Of a DNA stretch of 64,000 nt, positions 18,861 to 33,427 are shown one piece after another (the stretch's first letter is position 1; each line of letters starts with the position of its first letter). A program made the translations under genes and the position numbers. The stretch spans positions 378 to 64,377 of the forward strand of contig CAJJNQ010000010.1 in NCBI GenBank assembly GCA_905193155.1, written 5' to 3'. This stretch comes from an uncultured Christensenella sp. GTDB lineage: Bacteria > Bacillota > Clostridia > Christensenellales > UBA1750. The notes under the pieces were generated by a model. It did no database searches and was not told the origin of the DNA. It saw only the letters and a program-made list of their open reading frames with translations.

Positions 18861-19443
18861 AGCGACACTGAGCGGGGTCATCGCCTCAGAACCGATCTTT
18901 TCCCACTGTATCCATGAGACACGGCTCTATACCTGTGAAATATGCGTCAAGCGTCTTTCCGACACGGTGGACCGCATTGTGCTGCTTGCGCCGGAAGCGC
19001 TCTGTTCGAATCTTACGGGCGAGGTCACGGTTCATGGCCAGCTGCGGGGCTATACCCGGCAGGACGCGGATAAGCGCCGCCTGATCCTGATGGTGCTGGT
19101 GCGCAAGGTCACGCCGGGTCCTGCAGCCGAGAACAACAGGATTGCTCTTTCCGGCACGCTGGTGCGGGAGGTCGGCTATCGCAAAACGCCGCTGGGCCGC
19201 GAGATTGCGGATCTGATGCTGCGCGTGCCGAGGCCTTATGCGGGGACGGATTACGTCCCCTGCGTGGTGTGGGGACGCTGCGCGAGGTTCTGCACGCATC
19301 TGCAAAAGGGTGCAAAATTGCAGGTCGTCGGGCGGATGCAGAGCCGGGAATACACCAAGCTGATCGACGGCGTTGCGCACAAGCGCACGGCCTACGAGCT
19401 GTCTATCGGCAGATTGACCGTGTTGGCCGGAGAGGGAAACTGA
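18850..19443 (+). CDS. SSB-like protein with two tandem OB-fold halves and no acidic C-terminal tail
   Basis: Two halves of about 90 aa. One reads ATLSGVI..RLSDTVDRIV..VHGQLRGY. The other reads IALSGTLVREV..VPCVVWGRCARF..LQVVGRMQSREY. RBS GGAGGG precedes ATG 18850. It overlaps the deacetylase gene by 11 nt. Confidence 0.65.
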   Translation: MDNEATLSGVIASEPIFSHCIHETRLYTCEICVKRLSDTVDRIVLLAPEALCSNLTGEVTVHGQLRGYTRQDADKRRLILMVLVRKVTPGPAAENNRIALSGTLVREVGYRKTPLGREIADLMLRVPRPYAGTDYVPCVVWGRCARFCTHLQKGAKLQVVGRMQSREYTKLIDGVAHKRTAYELSIGRLTVLAGEGN

Positions 19444-19458
19444 ACGGGTTCATAGGGG

Positions 19459-19489
19459 GAGCGCATGGCATGAAGCCATGCGCTCTTTT
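19459..19489 (+). terminator. intrinsic terminator
   Basis: GAGCGCATGGC pairs with GCCATGCGCTC around a 5-nt loop, followed by TTTT. Confidence 0.75.
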
Positions 19490-19582
19490 CGCGGGGAGAA
19501 AGGGGCGCAGTGAAGTTTTACTATGCGAAAGCGCAGAAATGTGATACAATGAAATATATGAAAATAGGGGGTCTTTGCACAA

Positions 19583-20341
19583 ATGAAGATCATTTACGGA
19601 CAATATGGCAATGAAAAGTTCTACGCCCGCGCGGAAGGAGAAAAGGTCTATCCCGTCAAGGGACTGCCGTATGACGGCATTTGCGAGGACGGTCGCGTGC
19701 TGAATGCGAAAGACGTGACGCTGCTTGCGCCCTGCAGGCCCGGCAAGATCGTCGCCGTAGGGCTGAATTACCTCGACCACATCAAGGAAATGAACGATCC
19801 CATGCCCGACGAGCCGGTGATTTTCCTCAAGCCGCCGAGCGCTGTGATCGGGCCGAACGACGCCATCGTGCTGCCCAAGCGCGCCGAGCGCGTGGATTTT
19901 GAGGCAGAGCTTGCCGCCGTCATCGGCAAAAAATGCCGCAATGTTTCCATTGAAGATGCCGACAGCGTCATCTTCGGTTACACCTGCTTAAACGACGTCT
20001 CCGCCCGCGATTTGCAGAAGGTGGACGGGCAGTGGGCCAGAGCTAAGGGATACGACACCTTTTCACCCATCGGCCCGTGCATCGTGACGGACTTTGATCC
20101 CAGTGACGCGCCGATCAGCTCTGTGCTCAACGGCAAGGTGCAGCAGGATGCGACGACGGCTTTGATGATGCGCTCGGCGCAGTATCTGGTCAGTTTTGTC
20201 AGCTCCGTCATGACGCTGGAGCCTGGCGATGTCATCTCCATGGGCACCCCGCAGGGCGTCAATCAGCTCAAAGACGGCGATACCATTGAGATCCGCATCG
20301 GCGGCATCGGCTCGCTGGTGAACACCGTTTGTGCGGAATAA
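19583..20341 (+). CDS. fumarylacetoacetate hydrolase (FAH) family protein
   Basis: VGLNYLDH, FLKPPSAVIGP, VDFEAELAAVIG and ARAKGYDTFSPIGP motifs. Confidence 0.85.
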   Translation: MKIIYGQYGNEKFYARAEGEKVYPVKGLPYDGICEDGRVLNAKDVTLLAPCRPGKIVAVGLNYLDHIKEMNDPMPDEPVIFLKPPSAVIGPNDAIVLPKRAERVDFEAELAAVIGKKCRNVSIEDADSVIFGYTCLNDVSARDLQKVDGQWARAKGYDTFSPIGPCIVTDFDPSDAPISSVLNGKVQQDATTALMMRSAQYLVSFVSSVMTLEPGDVISMGTPQGVNQLKDGDTIEIRIGGIGSLVNTVCAE

Positions 20342-20363
20342 GTTTGAAGGAGGACCTCTCATC

Positions 20364-20710
20364 ATGTATCAGTCCAAGCTGGGCAACCGCGAGATTGACC
20401 ACTTGTTTGAGGCCATTCTCACGCTGGAAACGCAAGAGGATTGCTATCGCTTTTTCGAAGATCTCTGCACGATCCACGAGCTACAATCGCTGGCCCAGCG
20501 CATGGAAGTTGCGCGCCAGCTGGATGAAAAAAAGACTTACAGCCATATTGCGGAAGACACCGGCGCGTCCACGGCGACCATCAGCCGGGTCAGCCGCAGC
20601 CTGGTCTACGGCGCGGACGGCTATCGCCGTGTGCTCGACCGCATCAAGGCAAAAAACGCGGAGGCGCAGGGCGCTTCTGCCGATTCAACTAAAACCGAAA
20701 AGGAGCAAGC

Positions 20711-20714
<4 letters not shown>
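20364..20714 (+). CDS. TrpR-like YerC/YecD family protein
   Basis: LFEAILTLETQEDCYRFFEDLCTIHELQSLAQR..TGASTATISRV. RBS AAGGAGG precedes ATG 20364. Confidence 0.8.
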
Positions 20715-25022
<4,308 letters not shown>

Positions 25023-25046
25023 ATTCCTGCATGATCAGGGGATTTA

Positions 25047-25055
25047 TGCTATAAT
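25047..25055 (+). promoter_or_regulatory. extended -10 promoter element upstream of the yicC-like gene
   Basis: TGCTATAAT, which matches the TGnTATAAT consensus. Confidence 0.45.
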
Positions 25056-25088
25056 GAAAAAATAAAGTGATAAAGGGGGAAGTTTCCC

Positions 25089-25964
25089 TTGCTGAGCATG
25101 ACGGGTTATGGCCGCGGCGCGCATATCGTGGACGGCCGGGATCTTACCATCGAGCTCAAAAGCGTCAATCACCGCTTTCTGGATCTTGCCTTCCGGATGC
25201 CGCGCTCCTTCGCGTATCTGGAGGATGCGCTGCGCCAGCAGATTCAGTCGCGTTTGGCGCGCGGACATGTCGATATCTTCGTAACCTACCGCAACCTGCG
25301 CGATGACAGCCGTACCGTTGCGGTGGATCACGCCCTGGTCAAGGGCTATACCGCCGCCATGGACGAGATGGCGGAGCTGACCGGGCTTAAAAACGATCTT
25401 TCCCTACCGTTCCTAGCCAAAATGCCCGACGTTCTGCGTGTGGACGAGGCGGAAGAGGATCGCGATGCGCTGAAAGACCTTGCGATGCTTTGCCTGAACG
25501 ACGCGTTGGACGAGTTGATCGGCATGCGTCAGAAGGAAGGGGCGCGCATGGGCGCAGATATTTCCAATCGGCTGAACAATATCGAGAGCATGACGGAAAA
25601 GGTGGCGCTGCGCGCGCCCGCCGTCGTGGAGGATTACCGCGTCAAGCTCACCCAGCGCGTGAGCGAAATCCTTCAGGAGCAGCCGGTAGATATCGCCCGC
25701 ATCACGCAGGAAGTGGCCATGTTCTGCGACCGCGTCAACATTGACGAGGAAATTGCGCGCATGCACAGCCATTTGAAAGCCATGCGCGACGCGCTGGCCG
25801 GAACCGAGGCGATGGGCCGCCGCCTGGACTTCATCGTGCAGGAGATGAACCGCGAGGCCAACACCATGGGCTCCAAAGCGTCGGATATTGAGCTGGTAAA
25901 CCTGGTTGTGGGACTTAAATCCGAAATCGAAAAGATTCGCGAGCAGGTGCAGAACCTCGAATAA
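25089..25964 (+). CDS. YicC/YloC family stress-induced protein (putative endoribonuclease)
   Basis: SMTGYGRG..IELKSVNHRFLD and C-terminal DIELVNLVVGLKSEIEKIREQVQNLE. TTG 25089 lies 9 nt after GGGGGA; ATG 25098 is the alternative. Confidence 0.85.
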   Translation: MLSMTGYGRGAHIVDGRDLTIELKSVNHRFLDLAFRMPRSFAYLEDALRQQIQSRLARGHVDIFVTYRNLRDDSRTVAVDHALVKGYTAAMDEMAELTGLKNDLSLPFLAKMPDVLRVDEAEEDRDALKDLAMLCLNDALDELIGMRQKEGARMGADISNRLNNIESMTEKVALRAPAVVEDYRVKLTQRVSEILQEQPVDIARITQEVAMFCDRVNIDEEIARMHSHLKAMRDALAGTEAMGRRLDFIVQEMNREANTMGSKASDIELVNLVVGLKSEIEKIREQVQNLE

Positions 25965-25988
25965 AACTCGGAAGGGGAGTGGAAAAGT

Positions 25989-26267
25989 ATGGGCGTTAAG
26001 CTCATCAATGTCGGTTACGGCAACTTCGTTTCCGCAGATCGCCTGATTTCCATCGTCGGCCCGGAATCCGCTCCCGTCAAGCGCATTGTACAGGAGGCGC
26101 GCGAGGGACACACCCTCATCGACGCATCCTGCGGCCGCCGCACCCGCGCAGTGCTTATCATGGACAGCGGGCACGTCGTGCTCTCGGCCGTGCAGCCCGA
26201 AACCGTGGCGCACCGGCTCGATGACAGGACAGACACAGGTCTTACAGAGGAGGAGAGCGATGAATAA
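25989..26267 (+). CDS. remA: RemA/YlzA (DUF370) regulator
   Basis: [58 protein letters not shown] closely resembles B. subtilis RemA. Confidence 0.9.
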   Translation: MGVKLINVGYGNFVSADRLISIVGPESAPVKRIVQEAREGHTLIDASCGRRTRAVLIMDSGHVVLSAVQPETVAHRLDDRTDTGLTEEESDE

Positions 26268-26880
26268 GGGAAAGCTGGTCGTCATATCCGGCCCCAGCGG
26301 CATCGGCAAGGGCACCGTTTGCAAGGAGCTCATCCAGAAGGACAAAAGCGTGGTGCTCTCCGTTTCCTGGACGACGCGCGAGCGTCGCAAGGGTGAGGAG
26401 GAGGGTGTCACCTATTTTTACCGCACCGAGGAGCAGTTCGACGAAATGATCGCAAAGGGCGGCTTTCTCGAATATGCGGGGATTTACGGCGGGCGTTACG
26501 GCACGCCGCGCGATTATGTCGCTCAAAGAATGCGTGAGGGTAAGAACGTCGTGCTTGAGATTGAAACCAAGGGTGCGATGAAGGTCATGGAAGCGGAAAA
26601 AGACGTCATTTCCATCTACCTGCTGCCCCCCACCATGAAGGTGCTGCGCGACCGCCTCATAAATCGGGGGCGCGAAGGCTACGAAAAGGCCATGCAGCGC
26701 TTCCGCTGCGCCTACGACGAGATCGATCTGGCGCGGGATTATCAGTATTATATTGTCAACGAGCAGCTGAATGCCACTGTCCGCAGCATCATGAACATTC
26801 TTCGCGGAGAATACCGGAATCCGGACGATCTGGATGGCAGGATCCGCAGACTGAAGGAGGAAGTTTCCAATGATCATTGA
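26260..26880 (+). CDS. gmk: guanylate kinase
   Basis: P-loop [21 protein letters not shown] precedes ATG 26260. It overlaps the remA stop. Confidence 0.92.
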   Translation: MNKGKLVVISGPSGIGKGTVCKELIQKDKSVVLSVSWTTRERRKGEEEGVTYFYRTEEQFDEMIAKGGFLEYAGIYGGRYGTPRDYVAQRMREGKNVVLEIETKGAMKVMEAEKDVISIYLLPPTMKVLRDRLINRGREGYEKAMQRFRCAYDEIDLARDYQYYIVNEQLNATVRSIMNILRGEYRNPDDLDGRIRRLKEEVSNDH

Positions 26881-27070
26881 TCCGCCGATCACTTCGATTT
26901 CCAAGCGTGCCAATTGCCGCTATACCCTGATTGTAGAAGTATCTAAGCGCGCGCGCCAGCTCGTAGCGGGTGCGGAACCCCTGATCCCCACCACCGAAAC
27001 CAAGCCGGTTTCCATCGCTGTGCGCGAGGTGGATCAGGGTCTGATCGATTACACCCTGGCTGACGATTGA
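26870..27070 (+). CDS. rpoZ: DNA-directed RNA polymerase subunit omega
   Basis: 66 aa with NCRYTLIVEVSKRARQL. Position between gmk and coaBC is conserved. Confidence 0.85.
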   Translation: MIIDPPITSISKRANCRYTLIVEVSKRARQLVAGAEPLIPTTETKPVSIAVREVDQGLIDYTLADD

Positions 27071-27092
27071 TCGAAATCGAAAGGGAATCCCA

Positions 27093-28286
27093 ATGATGAA
27101 CGGCAAAAACGTTGTCCTGGGCATCACCGGCGGCATCGCGGCCTATCGGGCTGCACAGATCGCGCGGGAGATGACCAAGCGCGGTGCGCACGTCTATTGC
27201 ATTTTAACGAGGAATGCGACCAATTTCATCACGCAGCAGACCATGGAAACCCTGACGGGGAACCCCGCCGTGGTGGATATGTTTGCGCGGCCGGACAAAT
27301 GGGAAGTGGAACACATCGCGCTCGCCAAACGGGCCGATGTGTTCCTTGTTGCACCAGCGAGCGCAAATTTCATCGGCAAGGTCGCATCCGGCGTGGCGGA
27401 TGATATGCTCACCACTACCGTCATGGCGACCCGCGCGCCGCTGCTCATTGCCCCGGCGATGAACAGCAATATGTATGAAAACCCCGTTACCCAGCGCAAC
27501 ATGCAGACGCTTAAAACTTTACTCCGCGCGCAGTTCATCGAGCCGAAGGTCGGCTTGCTGGCCTGCAACGACGTGGGCAAGGGGCACATCGCGGATGATG
27601 AGACCATTCTCGAAGCAGTGGAGCGCGCCTTGACGCCGGGAGATCTGACCGGAAAAAAAGTGCTTGTGACTGCGGGCCCCACGCGCGAGGCATTGGATCC
27701 GGTGCGTTTTTTGACCAATCGTTCGTCCGGCCGCATGGGCTATGCGCTGGCGGAAGCTGCGGCGCGGCGCGGCGCGGAGGTCACGCTGGTTTCCGGCCCT
27801 GTGGCACTGGAATGCCCTACGGGCGTGCGCCGCGAGTTTGTCGAGAGCACGCAGGATCTTTATTGCGCGATGGAGCGTCTTTGCAGGGAGCAGGACGTCA
27901 TCATTCAGGCTGCCGCTCCTGCGGACTACCGCCCGGCGCACATCGCCGGGCAGAAGATCAAGAAGGCCGATGGGGAAGCCATGGAGCTGAAGCTTGTGGA
28001 AAATCCGGACGTTGCCGCGATGGTCGGCAGCAAAAAGCGCCCCGGTCAGGTGCTGGTCGCCTTTGCCGCCGAAACGCAGAATCTGAGCGAAAATGCGGCC
28101 AAGAAGTTGGATAAGAAGAACGTTGACTTCATCGTCGGCAACGATGTAACGCGTCCCGGCGCGGGCTTTGATGTGGATACCAATATCATCACCATCTTCG
28201 ACCGCAGCGGCGCAACCGAGCTGCCGATGATGAAAAAGACCGAGGTCGCCGACAAAATACTGGATCATGTGCTGAAGTTCTTCTGA
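27093..28286 (+). CDS. coaBC: bifunctional phosphopantothenoylcysteine decarboxylase / phosphopantothenate-cysteine ligase
   Basis: GITGGIAAYRA and PAMNSNMY (flavoprotein half); VTAGPTREALDPVRFLTNRSSG (ligase half). Confidence 0.92.
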   Translation: MMNGKNVVLGITGGIAAYRAAQIAREMTKRGAHVYCILTRNATNFITQQTMETLTGNPAVVDMFARPDKWEVEHIALAKRADVFLVAPASANFIGKVASGVADDMLTTTVMATRAPLLIAPAMNSNMYENPVTQRNMQTLKTLLRAQFIEPKVGLLACNDVGKGHIADDETILEAVERALTPGDLTGKKVLVTAGPTREALDPVRFLTNRSSGRMGYALAEAAARRGAEVTLVSGPVALECPTGVRREFVESTQDLYCAMERLCREQDVIIQAAAPADYRPAHIAGQKIKKADGEAMELKLVENPDVAAMVGSKKRPGQVLVAFAAETQNLSENAAKKLDKKNVDFIVGNDVTRPGAGFDVDTNIITIFDRSGATELPMMKKTEVADKILDHVLKFF

Positions 28287-28315
28287 ACGGGAGAAAAGAG
28301 AGGGGGGCGGCGGCG

Positions 28316-30532
28316 ATGTATGCGCAGATCATTGTGGACGTCAACAGCCGGGATGTGGATAAGCTCTTCACCTATGCCGTCCCCGAAGAGATGGAGCTTT
28401 GCGCCGGAATGCGCGTTACTGCGCCTTTCGGCCCGCGAACGCTCACCGGCATGGTGGTCAGCGTCAGCGATCATACCGACGTGGCGGTCGAAAAGATCCG
28501 CCCCCTGCTCAGCCGCATCGACGATGAACCCGTCGTCCAGCCGGAGATGATGCAGCTTGCCTTCTGGATACGCGATACTTACCGCACCACCATGGCCGCC
28601 GCGCTGCGCTGCATCCTGCCTGCGCAGGTGCGCAGCGGCAAGGTGCGTCCGCTCACCCGCCTGGCTGTGCGGCTGACAGAAGAAGTGGGTGCGGCCTGTG
28701 CCAAGTGCAAGCGCAGTGCCAAGCAGTGTGAGTTGATTCGTCTGCTCGACGGCAATCCGGATGGCCTGCTGCTTTCGGAAATCGACATGGATGGTGCGCC
28801 TGCCGTGGCGCGCGCCTTGGAAAAGAAGGGGCTTGCTGAAATCTTCGTCCAGCAGGTTCGCCGCGTTCCGTATATTCATCTGGAAGGCGATTTGGACGAG
28901 TTTCATCTGAGCGAAGCGCAGCGCCATGCCGTAGAGGCCATCACCGCTTCATTGGACGGCGAGACGCAGTCCTTTTTGCTGCACGGCGTGACGGGCAGCG
29001 GCAAAACCGAGGTCTATTTGCACGTTGTGCGTCAGGCGCTGCTGCGCGGCAAGGGCGCGATCCTGCTTGTGCCGGAAATCGCGTTGACACCGCAGATGGT
29101 CAGCTGGTTCCGCTCCCGCTTTGGAGATACCGCTGCCGTGCTGCATTCCGGTCTTTCACAGGGTGAAAAATATGACGAATGGCGGCGCATCCGCCGGGGC
29201 GAGGCGCGCGTGGTCATTGGGGCTCGCTCGGCGGTGTTTGCGCCGGTGAGCAGCCTTGGCCTGATCCTGATCGATGAGGAGCATGAATCGACCTACCGCA
29301 GCGATACCCATCCCTGTTACGACGCGCGGCAGGTGGCGCGGGAGCGCTGCCGTCTGGAACATGCCAGCCTTGTGTTGGGCAGCGCCACGCCATCGATTGA
29401 CACCTACGCCCGCACGCTGCACGGGCAGAACGTGCTGCTGGAAATGAGAGAGCGCGTTGCGGGCCGACCTCTGCCCGAGGTCGAAATCGTCGATATGCGC
29501 AAAGAGCTGGTCAGCGGCAACCGCAGCATTTTTTCCCGCGCGCTGCACGATGCGCTGGAGGAAACCCTGATGCAGGGACGGCAGGCGGTGCTGTTCCACA
29601 ACCGCCGGGGGTATTCCAGCTTCGTCAAGTGCCGCGCCTGCGGCTACACGGTGCATTGCCCGCATTGCGATGTGACGATGACCTACCATTCGGTGGACGA
29701 TACCGTCAAGTGCCATTATTGCGGCACCGAGATGACGTCGCCCAAGGTTTGTCCGGCCTGCGGATCGCCCTATATCCGCAAATTCGGCGTGGGTACGCAG
29801 CAGGTGGAGGAAAAGCTCAAGCAGGAATTTCCCTACGTCAAAACCGTGCGGCTGGATAATGATACCACGCGCGGCAAGGATGATCTGGTGCGGCTATTGA
29901 CCGCCTTCCGCAAAGGGGAGGCGCAGGTACTCATCGGCACGCAGATGATCGCCAAGGGACACGATTTTCCCAACGTCACGCTCGTGGGCGTGATTGCGGC
30001 GGATATGACGCTGAACCTGCCCGATTACCGCAGCGAAGAGCGCACGTTTCAGCTTTTGACGCAGGTGGAGGGGCGCGCCGGCCGCGGCGTTTTTCCCGGC
30101 CGCGTGATCGTGCAGAGTTATGAGCCGGATCATTACGCCGTCCGTATGGCTGCCACGCAGGATTACCGCGCCTTTTACGACGAGGAAATTCGTCGCAGAA
30201 GGAGAAGGCTCTATCCGCCCTACACGTTGATGATGCGCATTTTGCTTACCGGTGCGGAGCAGAGCGATGTGCGCGCCTCTGCAGAGGTGTTGGAAATGCA
30301 GGTGAGTGACTGGTTTGCGCAAAGCAAGATACGGCGCAATCAGATGATACAGGTACACGCCATGGAGGCGCCTTTGGGCCGCATCCGTGACGAATACCGC
30401 TATCAGGTATTTATCAAAATGTATGCAAAAGGCAGCGACGAGGCCGTGGACGCCATCGCGCAGCTGGTGCGGGAGAGTGAGTGCCCCGGCATTCGGGTGG
30501 ATATGGAGCTCAATCCCGCGAGTTTTATGTGA
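28316..30532 (+). CDS. priA: primosomal protein N' (replication restart helicase)
   Basis: Walker [13 protein letters not shown], and a Cys-rich zinc module [25 protein letters not shown]. Confidence 0.92.
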   Translation: MYAQIIVDVNSRDVDKLFTYAVPEEMELCAGMRVTAPFGPRTLTGMVVSVSDHTDVAVEKIRPLLSRIDDEPVVQPEMMQLAFWIRDTYRTTMAAALRCILPAQVRSGKVRPLTRLAVRLTEEVGAACAKCKRSAKQCELIRLLDGNPDGLLLSEIDMDGAPAVARALEKKGLAEIFVQQVRRVPYIHLEGDLDEFHLSEAQRHAVEAITASLDGETQSFLLHGVTGSGKTEVYLHVVRQALLRGKGAILLVPEIALTPQMVSWFRSRFGDTAAVLHSGLSQGEKYDEWRRIRRGEARVVIGARSAVFAPVSSLGLILIDEEHESTYRSDTHPCYDARQVARERCRLEHASLVLGSATPSIDTYARTLHGQNVLLEMRERVAGRPLPEVEIVDMRKELVSGNRSIFSRALHDALEETLMQGRQAVLFHNRRGYSSFVKCRACGYTVHCPHCDVTMTYHSVDDTVKCHYCGTEMTSPKVCPACGSPYIRKFGVGTQQVEEKLKQEFPYVKTVRLDNDTTRGKDDLVRLLTAFRKGEAQVLIGTQMIAKGHDFPNVTLVGVIAADMTLNLPDYRSEERTFQLLTQVEGRAGRGVFPGRVIVQSYEPDHYAVRMAATQDYRAFYDEEIRRRRRRLYPPYTLMMRILLTGAEQSDVRASAEVLEMQVSDWFAQSKIRRNQMIQVHAMEAPLGRIRDEYRYQVFIKMYAKGSDEAVDAIAQLVRESECPGIRVDMELNPASFM

Positions 30533-30549
30533 AAACAGGAGGTAGGCAA

Positions 30550-31011
30550 ATGGCTCTTAGAAATATCGTAAAGGTCGGCGACGACGTGCTGCGCAAGAAG
30601 TGCCGCCCCGTCACCATGATCGACCCAAAGATCCATCAGCTGCTGGACGACATGGCTCAGACCATGCACGAGGCCAATGGCGTGGGCCTTGCCGCGCCAC
30701 AGGTCGGCTTGCTCAAGCGTATCGTCGTGATTGACATTGGCGAGGGTGTGATCGAGTTGATCAACCCGGAGATCATCTCCGCATCCGGCTCCCAGACCGA
30801 CGACGAAGGCTGCCTGTCCGTGCCGGGCAAATATCTGCCCGTGACCCGTCCCGATGTGGTCGAGGTTCGCGCCGTCAACCGCTTCGGCAAGGCCTTCACC
30901 ATGAAGGGTGAAGGGCTGCTGGCCAGAGCCTTCTGCCACGAGATTGACCATCTGGACGGTCGTCTGTTCCTCGATGTCTATAAGGAACAGCAGAAGGAAA
31001 AGAAGGATTGA
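30550..31011 (+). CDS. def: peptide deformylase
   Basis: [13 protein letters not shown] and HEIDHL motifs. RBS AGGAGG precedes ATG 30550. Confidence 0.93.
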   Translation: MALRNIVKVGDDVLRKKCRPVTMIDPKIHQLLDDMAQTMHEANGVGLAAPQVGLLKRIVVIDIGEGVIELINPEIISASGSQTDDEGCLSVPGKYLPVTRPDVVEVRAVNRFGKAFTMKGEGLLARAFCHEIDHLDGRLFLDVYKEQQKEKKD

Positions 31012-31028
31012 CGGAGGGAATTGAATCG

Positions 31029-31982
31029 ATGCGCATTGTTTTCATGGGCACGCCGGAGTTTGCCGTGCCGTCGCTGGAGGCGTTGATCGGCGCGGGCTAT
31101 GAGGTTGTGGGCGCGGTGACCCAGCCGGATCGTCCCGTCGGCCGCAAGGGCAAGCTCACGCCCCCGCCGGTCAAGGTCTGCGCACAGCAGCATGGCATCC
31201 CCGTGCTGCAATTTGAGCGCATCCGCCGCCCGGAGGGACGCGAGGCGCTGGAAGCGCTGAAGCCCGATCTGTTTGTGACGGCGGCCTTCGGGCAGATCCT
31301 TTCGGCCAAGGTGCTGGCGATTCCGAAACTCGGCACCATCAACGTCCATGCATCGCTGCTGCCGGAATATCGTGGTTCCGCACCCATCAACTGGTGCCTC
31401 ATCAACGGCGAAACCCGCACGGGCGTGACCACTATGATGACCGATATCGGCATTGATACCGGCGATATGCTGCTGCGCGACGAGGTCGAAATCGGCCCTG
31501 ATGAAAATGCGGAGGAGCTGACCGAGCGCCTGTCTCGCGTGGGTGCGCAGACCCTGCTGCGCACGCTCAAGGCGTTGGAAAACGGCACGCTGACCCGCAC
31601 GCCGCAGGACGAGAGCAAATCCTCCTATCAGCCCATGCTGGAAAAGACGCTGGGCTGCATTGACTGGAACAAGCCGGCGCAGAGCATTCATAACCTCGTG
31701 CGCGGGGTCAATCCTTGGCCCGGCGCGTATACGCAGATGGAGAGCGGCGTGCTCAAGGTGTGGAAGACCGCGCTGACCGAGCAGAAAACCGACGCGCCTG
31801 CCGGGACCATTGTCAAAGCGAATGGCAAAGAAGGGCTGTTTGTGGCCTGTGGAGAGGGCGTTTTGCAGATCGTGGAAATGCAGGCCCCCGGCTCGAAACG
31901 AATGAACGCACGCGATTACCTGCGCGGCAAGCCCATGCAGGAAGGCGCGGTATTGGGAGAGAATCATGCCGAATCCGAATGA
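31029..31982 (+). CDS. fmt: methionyl-tRNA formyltransferase
   Basis: MRIVFMGTPEFAVPSL and NVHASLLPEYRGSAPI. RBS GGAGGG. Confidence 0.92.
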   Translation: MRIVFMGTPEFAVPSLEALIGAGYEVVGAVTQPDRPVGRKGKLTPPPVKVCAQQHGIPVLQFERIRRPEGREALEALKPDLFVTAAFGQILSAKVLAIPKLGTINVHASLLPEYRGSAPINWCLINGETRTGVTTMMTDIGIDTGDMLLRDEVEIGPDENAEELTERLSRVGAQTLLRTLKALENGTLTRTPQDESKSSYQPMLEKTLGCIDWNKPAQSIHNLVRGVNPWPGAYTQMESGVLKVWKTALTEQKTDAPAGTIVKANGKEGLFVACGEGVLQIVEMQAPGSKRMNARDYLRGKPMQEGAVLGENHAESE

Positions 31983-33387
31983 GCGCCGCCCGGCGCGCAA
32001 GCCCGACCCCAAAGCAGCAAACGCCCGCTGGGGCGAAAAGTCTCGGAGCGCCAAAGGCCCTGCGCCCGCCCGCGTCGCCGCACTGGAAGCGCTGATGGAT
32101 GTGCAGATTTCCGATGCTTACGCAGGGCTTGCCCTGACGCGCCGCATCGCTTCCGCGCGCCTTTCCGCGCTGGATCGACGGTTGATGACGGAACTGTTCT
32201 ATGGCGTGTTGGAAAACCGCATCTGTCTGGATTACATCCTTTCCAAGTACATGGAGCGTCCCTGCGGCGACGATGTGACGCTGGATATCCTCCGCATGGG
32301 CGTGTATCAACTCGTTTTCATGGATAAAATTCCGGAAAACGCCGCCTGCAACGATGCAGTGGAGCTGACGCGCCGCTTCCACAGAGAGAAGATGAGCGGG
32401 CTGGTCAACGCCGTGCTGCGCGGTCTGGTGCGCGATCGTTCCCGAATCGTCTATCCGGAAGATCCTGCCGAGTTCCTCTCGGTGCGCTATTCCTTCCCGC
32501 GTTGGCTGGTGGATCTGCTCATCGACGAATACGGCATGGATTTCGCCAAGGAGATGATCTCCTTCCGTGATAAGCAGCACGACGTGACCATCCGCCCGAA
32601 TCTGTTGAAGATGGATGCGCCCGCGTTTGAAAAGTATCTGACCGATCAGGGCTTTGACTGGGAAAAGAGCGCTGCGCCCGGCGTTTATCGCGTGCGCGGC
32701 GGATTTGTGTCTCAGCATCCCGGCTTCCGCCAGGGACTTTATTCCATCATGGGCGAGTCCTCCTATTTGGCGGCGCTGGTGGTCGGGGTAAAGCCCGGCA
32801 TGCAGGTGCTGGATGCCTGCGCTGCGCCCGGCGGCAAGACCTGCTGCATGGCGGAACAGATGGCGGGCTCCGGTCGTGTATATGCGTGGGACCTGCACGA
32901 GCATCGCGTCAAGCTCATCTCCGGCGCGTCGCAGCGCCTGGGGCTGGATAACGTTCGTCCGCGCGTGCAGGATGCAAGCCGTCCGGTGGAGGATATGAAC
33001 GAGCGCATGGACGCCGTGCTGGTGGACGCGCCCTGTTCGGGTTTGGGGGTATATTTGTCCAAGCCGGACATCAAGTATCGCCTTCGTCCGGAAGAGCCGA
33101 TGGAACTGCACGAATTGCAGCTCAAGATATTGGACGCCTGCGCGCGATACGTCAAGCCGGGCGGCACGCTGGTCTATTCCACCTGCACGCTTTTCAGGGA
33201 GGAAAATGAGCTGACAGTGCAGGAGTTTTTGAAAAAACATCCGTCCTTCGAGCTGAAGGGGCTGGCCGAGAGAATGCCGGAGCCCTTTGCCGAAAAGGTC
33301 AGGGACGGAATGCTGACGCTTTATCCGCACAGGGACGGTACGGATGGGTTCTTTATCGCCCGCATGGTGCGCAAAAAGCGTGGATGA
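31966..33387 (+). CDS. rsmB: 16S rRNA (cytosine-C5)-methyltransferase RsmB/Sun
   Basis: NusB-like N-domain, DACAAPGGKT, DAPCSGLG and YSTCT. There is a basic N-terminal extension of about 35 aa. It overlaps the fmt end. Confidence 0.88.
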   Translation: MPNPNERRPARKPDPKAANARWGEKSRSAKGPAPARVAALEALMDVQISDAYAGLALTRRIASARLSALDRRLMTELFYGVLENRICLDYILSKYMERPCGDDVTLDILRMGVYQLVFMDKIPENAACNDAVELTRRFHREKMSGLVNAVLRGLVRDRSRIVYPEDPAEFLSVRYSFPRWLVDLLIDEYGMDFAKEMISFRDKQHDVTIRPNLLKMDAPAFEKYLTDQGFDWEKSAAPGVYRVRGGFVSQHPGFRQGLYSIMGESSYLAALVVGVKPGMQVLDACAAPGGKTCCMAEQMAGSGRVYAWDLHEHRVKLISGASQRLGLDNVRPRVQDASRPVEDMNERMDAVLVDAPCSGLGVYLSKPDIKYRLRPEEPMELHELQLKILDACARYVKPGGTLVYSTCTLFREENELTVQEFLKKHPSFELKGLAERMPEPFAEKVRDGMLTLYPHRDGTDGFFIARMVRKKRG

Positions 33388-33427
33388 TGCAGATTTATGG
33401 AATGAAAAAGAGAAGGAGGTCGTGCAG

